DNA from: a virus
Virus record (IMG/VR): IMGVR_UViG_3300025133_000027
Location: 1-64,000 of that record
DNA: 64,000 bases
Reading direction: 5' to 3' (one strand)
Shown here: one piece after another, positions 1 to 7,371 of the stretch
Layout of the letters: each line of letters starts with the position of its first letter
How positions within the stretch are numbered: the first letter of the stretch is position 1
Notes under the pieces: model-generated
What the model was told of the DNA's origin: nothing
The model's input: the letters and a program-made list of their open reading frames with translations, nothing else
Database searches by the model: none
Position numbers and translations under genes: made by a program

Positions 1-224
1 CTGCTATTGAAAGTGCAAGCGGTTTTAAGCAATGGTTTTTAAACGGTAAATGCCACCGTGAAGACGGCCCTGCTATTGAATGGGCAGACGGTGATAAGGA
101 GTGGTTTAGAAACGGTAAAAAACTCACCGAAAAACAATTCAATAAGAAAATGAAAAAGCCTTGTAAAAACAAGGTTGTTGAAATCGACGGTGTTAAATAC
201 AAACTAACCGTATTGGAAGATTAA
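1..224 (+). CDS. HREDGPA-repeat protein, 3' end (starts before the window)
   Basis: Reads ...HREDGPAIEWADGDKEWFRNGKKLTEKQFNKKMKKPCKNKVVEIDGVKYKLTVLED then TAA at 222-224; same C-terminus as the next two genes. Confidence 0.85.
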   Translation, partial: AIESASGFKQWFLNGKCHREDGPAIEWADGDKEWFRNGKKLTEKQFNKKMKKPCKNKVVEIDGVKYKLTVLED

Positions 225-1019
225 ATGAAACATATTGAATATAAAGTAAAAGTATATGCAGACGGTTCTAAAGAATGGTTTCTAAACGATGAATACCACC
301 GTGAAGACGGCCCTGCTATTGAACTTGCAAACGGTGCTAAGTTCTGGTATCTAAGCGGTAAACGCCACCGTGAAGACGGCCCTGCTGCTGAATATGCAAA
401 CGGTGATAAGTTCTGGCTTCTAAACGGTAAACGCCACCGTGAAGATGGTCCTGCTATTGAATATGCGAACGGTTCTAAGTTCTGGTTTCTAAACGACAAA
501 CGCCACCGTGAAGACGGTCCTGCTATTGAATATGCAGACGGTTCTAAGTCCTGGTTTCTAAACGGTAAACGCCACCGTGAAGACGGTCCTGCTATTGAAT
601 ATGCGAACGGTTCTAAGTTCTGGTTTCTAAACGACAAACGCCACCGTGAAGACGGTCCTGCTATTGAATATGCAGACGGTCATAAGGAATGGTTTAGAAA
701 CGGCAATCTGCACCGTGAAGCCGGCCCTGCTATTGAATATGCGAACGGTTCTAAGTTCTGGTTTCTAAACGATGAATACCACCGTGAAGACGGCCCTGCT
801 GCTGAATATGCAAACGGTGATAAGGCATGGTTTCTAAATGGTAAGCCCCACCGTGAAGACGGTCCTGCTATTGAAAGTGCAAACGGTTCTAAGTTCTGGT
901 ATCTAAACAATAAAAAACTCACCGAAGCAGAATTCAATAAGAAAATGAAAAAGCCTTGTGAAAACAAGGTTGTTGAGATCGACGGCATCAAATATAAACT
1001 AACCGTATTGGAAGATTAA
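225..1019 (+). CDS. HREDGPA (MORN-like, 22-aa) repeat protein, 9 HRE(D/A)GPA repeats
   Basis: Tandem 66-nt repeats HREDGPAIEYANGSKFWFLNGKR. Confidence 0.9.
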   Translation: MKHIEYKVKVYADGSKEWFLNDEYHREDGPAIELANGAKFWYLSGKRHREDGPAAEYANGDKFWLLNGKRHREDGPAIEYANGSKFWFLNDKRHREDGPAIEYADGSKSWFLNGKRHREDGPAIEYANGSKFWFLNDKRHREDGPAIEYADGHKEWFRNGNLHREAGPAIEYANGSKFWFLNDEYHREDGPAAEYANGDKAWFLNGKPHREDGPAIESANGSKFWYLNNKKLTEAEFNKKMKKPCENKVVEIDGIKYKLTVLED

Positions 1020-1538
1020 ATGAAACATATTGAATATAAAGTAAAAGTATATGCAAACGGTGGCAAGGAATGGTATCTAAACGGCAAACGCCACCGTGAA
1101 GACGGTCCTGCTATTGAATATGCAGACGGTTCTAAGAGGTGGTTTCTAAATGGTAAGCTCCACCGTGAAGACGGTCCTGCTATTGAAAGTGCAAACGGTT
1201 CTAAGTTCTGGTATCTAAACAGCAAGCGTCACCGTGAAGACGGCCCTGCTATTGAATGGGCAGACGGTTGTAAATTATGGTATCTAAAGGGTAAACTCCA
1301 CCGTGAAGCCGGCCCTGCTATTGAAGGTGCAGACGGTACTAAGTACTGGTATCTAAACGGTGAACTCCACCGTGAAGACGGACCTGCTGTTGAATGGGTA
1401 GACGGTTCTAAGGTATGGTATCTAAACGGTGAACTCCTCACCGAAAAAAAATTCAATAAGAAAATGAAAAAGCCTTGTGAAAACAAGGTTGTTGAAATCG
1501 ACGGCATCAAATATAAACTAGCCGTATTGGAAGACTAA
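1020..1538 (+). CDS. HREDGPA repeat protein, 5 repeats, paralog of 225-1019
   Basis: Identical N-terminus MKHIEYKVKVYA and near-identical C-terminus. Confidence 0.9.
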   Translation: MKHIEYKVKVYANGGKEWYLNGKRHREDGPAIEYADGSKRWFLNGKLHREDGPAIESANGSKFWYLNSKRHREDGPAIEWADGCKLWYLKGKLHREAGPAIEGADGTKYWYLNGELHREDGPAVEWVDGSKVWYLNGELLTEKKFNKKMKKPCENKVVEIDGIKYKLAVLED

Positions 1539-1556
1539 ATGGCAGTTGCAAAGGGG

Positions 1557-1585
1557 TTGTGAGAAAATCACCCCTGAGCTATACT
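1557..1585 (+). promoter_or_regulatory. sigma70-type early promoter
   Basis: TTGTGA-17 nt-TATACT. Confidence 0.6.
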
Positions 1586-1602
1586 GATAGAACGAAAAAA
1601 GA

Positions 1603-1662
1603 GGGACCTGAATAAAGAGTGCTCGCTATGGAACCACTCTCTTTGTCTCGATAAACGGTTCA
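1603..1662 (+). ncRNA. pseudoknot RNA motif, copy 1
   Basis: P1 GGGAC/GTCTC; loop TGAAT pairs with GTTCA after AAAC; hairpin inserted in loop. Confidence 0.55.
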
Positions 1663-1670
1663 CATACAAC

Positions 1671-1728
1671 GCTCCTGAACGATGAGCCTGGACATCCCTG
1701 GATGTTTGTTATAATACTAAACTGTTCA
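1671..1728 (+). ncRNA. pseudoknot RNA motif, copy 2
   Basis: GCTC-CTGAACGAT-GAGC ... AAAC-TGTTCA. Confidence 0.65.
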
Positions 1729-1756
1729 CATACGATTTCGGCCCTTTATGAAGGGG

Positions 1757-1785
1757 TTGAACATAAGTCGAAATCCTGATATGAT
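1757..1785 (+). promoter_or_regulatory. sigma70-type early promoter with AAGTC in spacer
   Basis: TTGAAC-17 nt-TATGAT. Confidence 0.65.
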
Positions 1786-1801
1786 GGATGAAGAAAAAGG
1801 C

Positions 1802-1853
1802 AGCCTGAACAAAAAAGCGTTGATAAGCGCCCCTTTAAGCTTGATAACTGTTC
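1802..1853 (+). ncRNA. pseudoknot RNA motif, copy 3
   Basis: AGC-CTGAACA...GCT ... AAC-TGTTC. Confidence 0.5.
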
Positions 1854-1883
1854 CTAAACGAAACATCGACCCTGAGATAAGGG

Positions 1884-1912
1884 TTGACTTAAAAGTCCAT
1901 CTTCGATAGAAT
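1884..1912 (+). promoter_or_regulatory. sigma70-type promoter upstream of large ncRNA
   Basis: TTGACT-17 nt-TAGAAT with AAGTC in spacer. Confidence 0.7.
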
Positions 1913-1918
1913 GATGGA

Positions 1919-2800
1919 ACGAAAAGCGGGCGGTATGGCGTCCCACGAAAGAATAGACACTGGCAACAGCGTCAAAGAGAGCGTTCACAAACTCTCACCG
2001 ACCAAGCTTCTTGGTTGGCTCATCTATACAAGACACGGTTAGCCCGATCCATGGGCAGGTCACTCTCAAAGGTGGCTTTAACTGGTGTTGAAGAAGTTGG
2101 TCCCTGGTGAGGGAATAGAGAAACCTAAGCCGGTTTCCCTTGAAAGGGGGAAACACAAGGCAGGCTATCAAAGACAGGGCAGGGATGCCAATAAGCCAAT
2201 GAATCCATCTTCAATGCTAGTAAATACTAAGTGTTAGCTCGCTCCCAAGCAGTGCAAGGCCCGCAAGCCAAGCGCAACGAGCATATTGATGGTCCAAGTT
2301 TGGAATAACTGAAGACCAAAAAAGGTAGGGTAAAGTCTCGCAAGGACGAATGCCAGATTGCGTGTTGTATTCTGAAGCTCAAAAGGCTTCGGAGCGACTG
2401 ACAGAGCACGAAATCAGTGATGAATATAGCTCAAGGTAGAGCATCTGAATATTAATCAGAAGGTTGTTAGGTCGAACTAACTATTTTTTAAGAGAAAGGA
2501 AAGTCTCTGTCGATTGCAATTCAAAGAATCCTAAACCTACTCCTGCGAAGGAAAGTAGGCTGTCAAAACTCCCAAGGTGGAGACAGTTGGTGGAAAGTTG
2601 AAGACTCTGGGGCGGCCACCCTAGAACTGATACGGAAAGCCGAGTGAGATTGCAATCAAGAAGGTAATGCCTCCTTCTAAAAATGGCGGATTTTGACTCT
2701 TACAATCGAGAGGTTGTGGATAAGTTTTTAACGGCGCACGGGAGTGTAGCTGGTACGGAAACGAAAGAGGGTCTGTAACAACGGGTAGTCTCACCGTTAA
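1919..2800 (+). ncRNA. large structured ncRNA, probably GOLLD-like (ends approximate)
   Basis: ~880 nt with no credible ORF, right after a strong promoter; many short hairpins with GCAA/GCGA/GAAA-type loops; embedded tRNA-like domain; beside a phage tRNA cluster. Confidence 0.6.
2421..2487 (+). pseudogene. degenerate tRNA-like domain inside the large ncRNA (ATT at anticodon position)
   Basis: D arm GCTC-AAGGTA-GAGC; anticodon arm TCTGA-ATATTAA-TCAGA; T-like arm GTTAG-GTCGAA-CTAAC; weak acceptor stem, no CCA. Confidence 0.6.
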
Positions 2801-2860
2801 TAGTAAGTTTTAATAAAGGTGTTCCTGGGGATGAACGGTTCTAAACTCCCTCCAAACGAT

Positions 2861-2942
2861 CAAGAGTCCTGAGCATGAAAGGCGAAAGGTTCGATCCCTT
2901 TGCTAGTGTAAAAACTAGTCCACGGCTTGGCAAAAACTGCCC
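2861..2942 (+). ncRNA. pseudoknot RNA motif, copy 4 (degenerate; insert has a T-loop-like hairpin)
   Basis: GTC-CTGAGCA ... AAAAAC-TGCCC with one mismatch; insert AAAGG-TTCGATC-CCTTT. Confidence 0.45.
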
Positions 2943-2960
2943 CCAAACGAAAGGAATAAG

Positions 2961-3284
2961 ATGATTTATGTAGTAGTCTCCCAATATGAAATTGGAAGTG
3001 ATATTAATGTTGAGTGTTTAACAGAAGACCCACAAAAAGCATCTGACGTTCTTGGAAGGGTGTGGACTGATTATGATGGATTCTATGAGAATGGACGCAT
3101 TGGTTATCGGAAACACAATTCCGAGGAATTTTTAGACTCAGCTCCAAATGTCACTGACGGAACGTCTGACGGTATAGGTCCTGGTGGCGGTTATGCTTGG
3201 GTTAAATACGAGAAAGGAAGAATTATACAATTTGCTGTAGAAGAGGGTGTCCAAGCAGAGATCATCTGCGGAGAATTAACTTAA
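2961..3284 (+). CDS. hypothetical protein
   Basis: ORF with AAGGA SD. Confidence 0.7.
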   Translation: MIYVVVSQYEIGSDINVECLTEDPQKASDVLGRVWTDYDGFYENGRIGYRKHNSEEFLDSAPNVTDGTSDGIGPGGGYAWVKYEKGRIIQFAVEEGVQAEIICGELT

Positions 3285-3298
3285 CGAAACCGGATGTT

Positions 3299-3356
3299 TC
3301 CTCCTGAGCACGAGGATTCACCTCGCTTGCTACGCAAGCATTAAACAAAACTGCTT
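3299..3356 (+). ncRNA. pseudoknot RNA motif, copy 5
   Basis: TCCTC-CTGAGCAC-GAGGA ... AAAAC-TGCTT; ends 3 nt before tRNA-Glu. Confidence 0.7.
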
Positions 3357-3359
3357 TAC

Positions 3360-3435
3360 GCAGCTATAGCCAAATGGTTAAGGCCCCTGATTTTCATTCA
3401 GGAGATTGTCGGTTCGAATCCGTCTAGCTGTACCA
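3360..3435 (+). tRNA. tRNA-Glu(TTC)
   Basis: Acceptor GCAGCTA/TAGCTGT; CCTGA-TTTTCAT-TCAGG; TTCGAAT loop; CCA. Confidence 0.9.
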
Positions 3436-3520
3436 AGACTTAATAAGTCTTTCAACCGCATAATCCTGCATTGTCAATATGGCGATGATGTGGGACCTGT
3501 CTGCTAATATATTTGCAGCT

Positions 3521-3555
3521 ACACCTGAATATGTGTGGGGCCTATGAAACTGTTC
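3521..3555 (+). ncRNA. pseudoknot RNA motif, copy 6
   Basis: ACAC-CTGAATAT-GTGT ... GAAAC-TGTTC. Confidence 0.7.
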
Positions 3556-3563
3556 CCATACCA

Positions 3564-3667
3564 TACAGACACGATGGTTTGACGAGTGAGATTGATTATC
3601 TCATTATGCTCTAATCAAGTATACCAACCAACAAGTTGGCGTGGAGGTTCGATTCCTCCTGTTTGTA
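3564..3667 (+). ncRNA. tRNA-like RNA with extra arms
   Basis: Acceptor ACAGACA/TGTTTGT; T arm GGAGG-TTCGATT-CCTCC; three internal hairpins; no CCA. Confidence 0.5.
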
Positions 3668-3732
3668 ACTCCGCTGATTGTATTGCGCCTCTTTAGAGGT
3701 AGCGCGGATCATTGATGCCTTAAAAGTGGCAT

Positions 3733-3768
3733 AAGGCCTAAGCAAGCCTTGGTCAGAGAAACTGCTTA
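3733..3768 (+). ncRNA. pseudoknot RNA motif, copy 7
   Basis: AAGGC-CTAAGCAA-GCCTT ... GAAAC-TGCTTA (compensatory TAAGCA/TGCTTA). Confidence 0.7.
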
Positions 3769-3775
3769 AAACCAT

Positions 3776-3851
3776 TGCAGGAAGAACGTTGGATTTCAGC
3801 CAGTCTCATAAGCTGTGCGTAACGTCGGTTCAATTCCGGCTCCTGCTACCA
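3776..3851 (+). tRNA. tRNA-Met(CAT), 1:72 mismatch (initiator-like)
   Basis: T-GCAGGA/TCCTGC-T-A-CCA; CAGT-CTCATAA-GCTG; TTCAATT loop. Confidence 0.8.
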
Positions 3852-3859
3852 AAATAAAC

Positions 3860-3950
3860 GTCACCTGGGTATATGACTTGGTGTGGTCCGTTTTTAGTAG
3901 TGCTCTGTTGTAAACACGACATCACCTAATCCGCACACGCTAAACTACCC
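3860..3950 (+). ncRNA. pseudoknot RNA motif, copy 8
   Basis: GTCA-CCTGGGTATA-TGAC ... TAAAC-TACCC (compensatory GGGTA/TACCC). Confidence 0.65.
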
Positions 3951-3979
3951 GCCCTCAAGTCTAGAAAAACTGTTTATAC

Positions 3980-4060
3980 AGGGTTGTATCGCCTCGTCCT
4001 GATAAGACGTAGAAAGCGTAATCTGGTTACATGTGAGTTCAAATCTCACCTGCCCTACCA
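3980..4060 (+). tRNA. atypical tRNA-Ile(GAT): no D arm, long variable region
   Basis: AGGGTTG/CTGCCCT-A-CCA; CGTC-CTGATAA-GACG; GTGAG-TTCAAAT-CTCAC; only 8 nt where the D arm should be. Confidence 0.7.
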
Positions 4061-4117
4061 TAATGAAGCGTGTGACAGTAGTTCTTAGATATGGTTAAGT
4101 TCGTACATCACAAATGT

Positions 4118-4153
4118 CCTCCTGAGCATGAGGTTGCGCCCAATAAACTGTTC
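4118..4153 (+). ncRNA. pseudoknot RNA motif, copy 9
   Basis: CCTC-CTGAGCAT-GAGG ... AAAC-TGTTC. Confidence 0.7.
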
Positions 4154-4165
4154 CATAACATAGGA

Positions 4166-4231
4166 GGACCTGAATAATCTGCATGATCACGCGGCGCGTG
4201 GTGGTGTGGGCCTGTCCGTCAAAACTGTTCA
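4166..4231 (+). ncRNA. pseudoknot RNA motif, copy 10 (hairpin inserted in loop)
   Basis: GGAC-CTGAATA[insert]GTCC ... AAAAC-TGTTCA. Confidence 0.65.
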
Positions 4232-4270
4232 CCATACAGTGGCTTTCTTCTTATGAAGTTTGCTGACACA

Positions 4271-4303
4271 CCTCCTTAGCACGAGGGAGCCCAAAACTGC
4301 TAA
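4271..4303 (+). ncRNA. pseudoknot RNA motif, copy 11
   Basis: CCTC-CTTAGCAC-GAGG ... AAAAC-TGCTAA (compensatory TTAGCA/TGCTAA). Confidence 0.7.
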
Positions 4304-4356
4304 TTATAAATATCACTGGCAAAAACTATATAACGAAAAAAAATACGGAAAATAAT

Positions 4357-4647
4357 ATGACACACAAGAAAGTAAACAGCCTCTTCTACTTTGAGGCGAA
4401 AGATCCCGATCCAGTTTACATGCAGTTTGGTATTCAGATCACAATAGTGCCTAAACACTTTTACGATACAGAAGGGTATATGTATGATGAACATATCTCT
4501 ACTCTTCTTGAAGTTCTAGGTGGGAAAGCCCCTGACTACATGGGAGAAGAGTGCGAGGGAACGTTCTCAGCAGAGAGTAAGACTCTTGAAGAGGTAATCA
4601 AAGATCTCAAGGACCTTGGCTTCGAAGAGAAAGTCTTCTCTTTCTAG
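4357..4647 (+). CDS. hypothetical protein
   Basis: 96-aa ORF between RNA genes. Confidence 0.7.
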   Translation: MTHKKVNSLFYFEAKDPDPVYMQFGIQITIVPKHFYDTEGYMYDEHISTLLEVLGGKAPDYMGEECEGTFSAESKTLEEVIKDLKDLGFEEKVFSF

Positions 4648-4671
4648 AAAGATTAGCTGCTTATCTATCCA

Positions 4672-4700
4672 TTGAACAATAAGTCAAATCTAGATATAAT
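4672..4700 (+). promoter_or_regulatory. sigma70-type promoter for tRNA cluster
   Basis: TTGAAC-17 nt (with AAGTC)-TATAAT. Confidence 0.75.
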
Positions 4701-4720
4701 GAGAGGGTGAAAAGAATAGT

Positions 4721-4798
4721 GCCTCTGTGGCTCAACTGGATAGAGCATTTCGCTACGAACGAAAAGATTTGCAGGTTCAAATCCTGCCGGGGGCTCCA
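4721..4798 (+). tRNA. tRNA-Arg(ACG)
   Basis: Canonical cloverleaf; TTTCG-CTACGAA-CGAAA; CCA. Confidence 0.92.
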
Positions 4799-4830
4799 TG
4801 GAAAAACAGAGTAATACAGAATAGAACAAA

Positions 4831-4921
4831 GGAAAGTAATTTAGATAGGAGTCTAAGCTGGTTTGCTAAACCAAGCGCACTCTTCATGGGGTGTGGGGAT
4901 CAAGACCTCTACTTTCCGCCA
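4831..4921 (+). tRNA. tRNA-Ser(GCT)
   Basis: GGAAAGT/ACTTTCC-G-CCA; TTGCTAA loop; long variable arm; atypical T loop ATCAAGA. Confidence 0.8.
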
Positions 4922-4942
4922 ACGAGTTGTTTATAAGACAAT

Positions 4943-5020
4943 GGTGGCTATCGTCCAATCTGGTTAGGACACAGAACTGTGAATTCTGGAATGAGGGTTC
5001 AAATCCCTCTAGACACCCCA
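4943..5020 (+). tRNA. tRNA-His(GTG) with G-1
   Basis: CAGAA-CTGTGAA-TTCTG; G-1:C73; CCA. Confidence 0.92.
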
Positions 5021-5033
5021 CAAGGTTAATAAA

Positions 5034-5300
5034 ATGGAAACTAATCAACTAACACTTGCAAAAAAGATGTCATTTGCACAGATAAACAATTGTGTTTTCA
5101 TGGATAAAGATGAAGATTGGTTTGTTATCATTTTGTGGAATCGAAAACATAATCGTCTTGACGCAGCAGAATATGATCTGGAAGACGACCACTTACGTTA
5201 CTATGGAGCAATAAAACTTGAGACCTGGATCGAGAAGGAAGACAAGAACTTAGGAAAGATTCCAATTTATGGACTAGAAAACTTTCCAAATAAATTATAA
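5034..5300 (+). CDS. small protein, YPVF-tail family variant (GKIPIY)
   Basis: Similar to 5420-5698 (F-I--W------). Confidence 0.7.
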   Translation: METNQLTLAKKMSFAQINNCVFMDKDEDWFVIILWNRKHNRLDAAEYDLEDDHLRYYGAIKLETWIEKEDKNLGKIPIYGLENFPNKL

Positions 5301-5317
5301 AATAAATGGATAAACAA

Positions 5318-5389
5318 GTCTATATAATTCAGTGGTAGAATACCTGATTCATACTCAGGCAGTCGTTGGTTCGAATCCAGCTATAGGCA
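5318..5389 (+). tRNA. tRNA with CAT anticodon (Met or Ile2), CCA not encoded
   Basis: GTCTATA/TATAGGC; CCTGA-TTCATAC-TCAGG; TTCGAAT loop. Confidence 0.85.
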
Positions 5390-5419
5390 CTTTAAGCAGA
5401 TAAACTCATGGAGTTGTAA

Positions 5420-5698
5420 ATGCGGACAAACATGAGAGATCCTCGTTCTGAGGATGGAGTTTTTAATTCCCGAGATCTGCATGGGCAACTTGTTGACTGC
5501 ACTTATTATGAAAATGAAGTATATTTCATACTCTTTATCTGGGATAAAGAACGACACTACATGAGAAAGACTTCCTATTATGGAGATGAAGTCAGCAACC
5601 CTCCAGAAAGAAAAACGAATAAAGTCTTCGCAGTATGTTCTTTCTTACAGAAAGAAAGTTTTATCTTCTTAGGAAGATACCCAGTTTTTTCAGCCTGA
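5420..5698 (+). CDS. small protein, YPVF-tail family
   Basis: GGAG SD; ends GRYPVFSA. Confidence 0.75.
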   Translation: MRTNMRDPRSEDGVFNSRDLHGQLVDCTYYENEVYFILFIWDKERHYMRKTSYYGDEVSNPPERKTNKVFAVCSFLQKESFIFLGRYPVFSA

Positions 5699-5763
5699 TC
5701 ACGGGATGTGTTAAAGTGATTGCAAACCACTCTATCTGAGTTCGAATCTCAGCAGGTTGTCCA
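5691..5763 (+). tRNA. tRNA-Cys(GCA)
   Basis: CAGCCTG/CAGGTTG-T-CCA; TTGCAAA loop; CTGAG-TTCGAAT-CTCAG; short D arm. Confidence 0.8.
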
Positions 5764-6027
5764 ATGTGGTATGTTTATATTGTAGAATGTTTAGATGGTT
5801 CCTTATATACGGGGATAACAACTGATATTGAAAGAAGAATCCACGAACACAACAACACCAAGAAAGGTGCCAAATACACAAGGTCACGAAGACCCGTTAC
5901 TCTTTTATGGAGTAAAAGCCTCGCTACGCAAAGCGAGGCTTTGCTATTTGAAATACAAATAAAAAAACTAAAGAGAACCAAGAAATTAGAACTGATTAGT
6001 AAAAAGGATTCTGCAAAGGATCTTTAA
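5764..6027 (+). CDS. GIY-YIG nuclease (YhbQ/UPF0213 type)
   Basis: WYVYIVEC-DGSLYTGITTD--RR--EHN---GAKYT-SRRPV, E--IKKL. Confidence 0.9.
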   Translation: MWYVYIVECLDGSLYTGITTDIERRIHEHNNTKKGAKYTRSRRPVTLLWSKSLATQSEALLFEIQIKKLKRTKKLELISKKDSAKDL

Positions 6028-6332
6028 GAGCGTCATAAACAACTTCGTCAAAGTCATGGTCGAGCGCGGTGACAATGCACCGAGTGTTTATGATATGGAT
6101 GTCTTGGGAGCTATCGACTAAAATGGTTTGATTGTTGGCTACTTCGATGTAACCTTCTGCAAATCCATCGATAGCTCCCAAGGTTCGCATTAACGACATG
6201 TCCGCGTGCGAAGGGCACCAAACATAATAGTAGATATTCTCAGACACGCAGCCGAAAGGACTTGCTACAAAAGTCAGAAGAAGGTATACTAGTGTTCGAT
6301 GAAGAGAGTTCATACTATAAATAGGAGAAAAT

Positions 6333-6560
6333 ATGAATACGAGAGAATTACTTAATAAGGTATCAGTAGGGTGGGACTCTGTTGATAAGGTAGATGAGGG
6401 TAAGATGACTTTGCCAGGACTGGTTAAGGTTATGAGTTCAACTGTCCGAGATCTATTGGCAATTTGCGTTGCACAACAGGTTGAGCTTGAACGACTTGAG
6501 GCTCGTAGCAAGGCAGCAGAAGCAAAGAAAGCAATGGTGGATAATCGCCCTTCTCTCTAA
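6333..6560 (+). CDS. hypothetical protein
   Basis: AGGAG SD. Confidence 0.7.
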   Translation: MNTRELLNKVSVGWDSVDKVDEGKMTLPGLVKVMSSTVRDLLAICVAQQVELERLEARSKAAEAKKAMVDNRPSL

Positions 6561-6570
6561 GGAGTTTAAG

Positions 6571-6870
6571 ATGACAAAACGGGAATATACCACATTTAAG
6601 TGGCTTACTTATGTCGAGCATTTTCTATTTGCTTTTGGTGAGGAAGGTAGATTTGACAAACCTGCATATGCAATCCTGTTCGTATCGTGTTTTGCCGGTC
6701 TATTAGGCTCACTCGGCATGCCGGGAGTTCTGGTATCTACTGCAATTAGTGGTATCCTTGGTTCTGTTCTTCTGTGGTTTGGAGTTAAGGGCCTAGCTTT
6801 ACTAGGGCTATTGGCAATCAAGCCCGTCCATTCAAAACTACACCGTAAGTGGGTAAGAACAAATGTATGA
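6571..6870 (+). CDS. hypothetical membrane protein
   Basis: Start after AAGGAG; two hydrophobic segments. Confidence 0.65.
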   Translation: MTKREYTTFKWLTYVEHFLFAFGEEGRFDKPAYAILFVSCFAGLLGSLGMPGVLVSTAISGILGSVLLWFGVKGLALLGLLAIKPVHSKLHRKWVRTNV

Positions 6871-7285
6871 GATTCTAGAAGTTGTGTATGGCTATCCAAT
6901 CACGCAGGATCAAATTGAGAGAGTTAACAAAGAATTTGACCGTAAGTGGGCTCTTCTTAACGACGAGAACGCGATCTTTGATGATCTTGAGGAATTAAGT
7001 TATGACAAAGGCACAAACATCATCCATAGATGTGTTGGGAGCGGGGATAGCGATCCTATCGCGTTAGGTATCGAACTTGATCTATGTTATGACGTGTATT
7101 CGTATAATATGAAGACTCTTGACAGTCGATACCAAGAGGCATTAGCAGCAATTGCTCTGATTACAGACCAGCAGCTTCAAAAGCTTGAAGCTAATATGGT
7201 GAAATATATCCCAAAGGATATTCTCAAAGAGATTAAGGATAAACATCCTGAACCCGTTGCTCATTATCTTTGGTCAACAAGTTAA
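6863..7285 (+). CDS. hypothetical protein
   Basis: Overlap-coupled ORF. Confidence 0.7.
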   Translation: MYEILEVVYGYPITQDQIERVNKEFDRKWALLNDENAIFDDLEELSYDKGTNIIHRCVGSGDSDPIALGIELDLCYDVYSYNMKTLDSRYQEALAAIALITDQQLQKLEANMVKYIPKDILKEIKDKHPEPVAHYLWSTS

Positions 7286-7309
7286 GTTAAAATCTAAACC
7301 TAGAACTGG

Positions 7310-7352
7310 GGACTTCTTCCAGCTTGTGAAGAAGTCCCCTTTTTGGTATGAT
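7310..7352 (+). terminator. intrinsic terminator hairpin overlapping a sigma70 promoter
   Basis: GGGACTTCTTC/GAAGAAGTCCC then T-run; TTGTGA(7324)-17-TATGAT. Confidence 0.65.
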
Positions 7353-7371
7353 GTAAGAGCGAAAGGGAGAG

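Noticed and set aside
221-1510. Minus-strand ORFs 221-637, 680-991, 1016-1225 and 1229-1510
   Set aside because: Antisense shadows of the HREDGPA repeats
1-1538. Diversity-generating retroelement target (many variable codons are NNT or NNC)
   Set aside because: Synonymous adenines (CTA, GAA) stay constant across repeats, and no reverse transcriptase or template repeat is in the window; a remote DGR is not fully excluded
2227-2409. 60-aa minus-strand ORF
   Set aside because: Lies inside the structured ncRNA and has no coding signals
1603-4303. Pseudoknot motif as hammerhead ribozyme or box C/D (TIGR-like) array, given CTGA and GAAAC
   Set aside because: CTGA changes to CTAA, CTGG or CTTA with compensatory partners, so it is a helix rather than a fixed box; no CUGANGA core and no regular period
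4727-4936. 69-aa ORF
   Set aside because: Overlaps tRNA-Arg and tRNA-Ser
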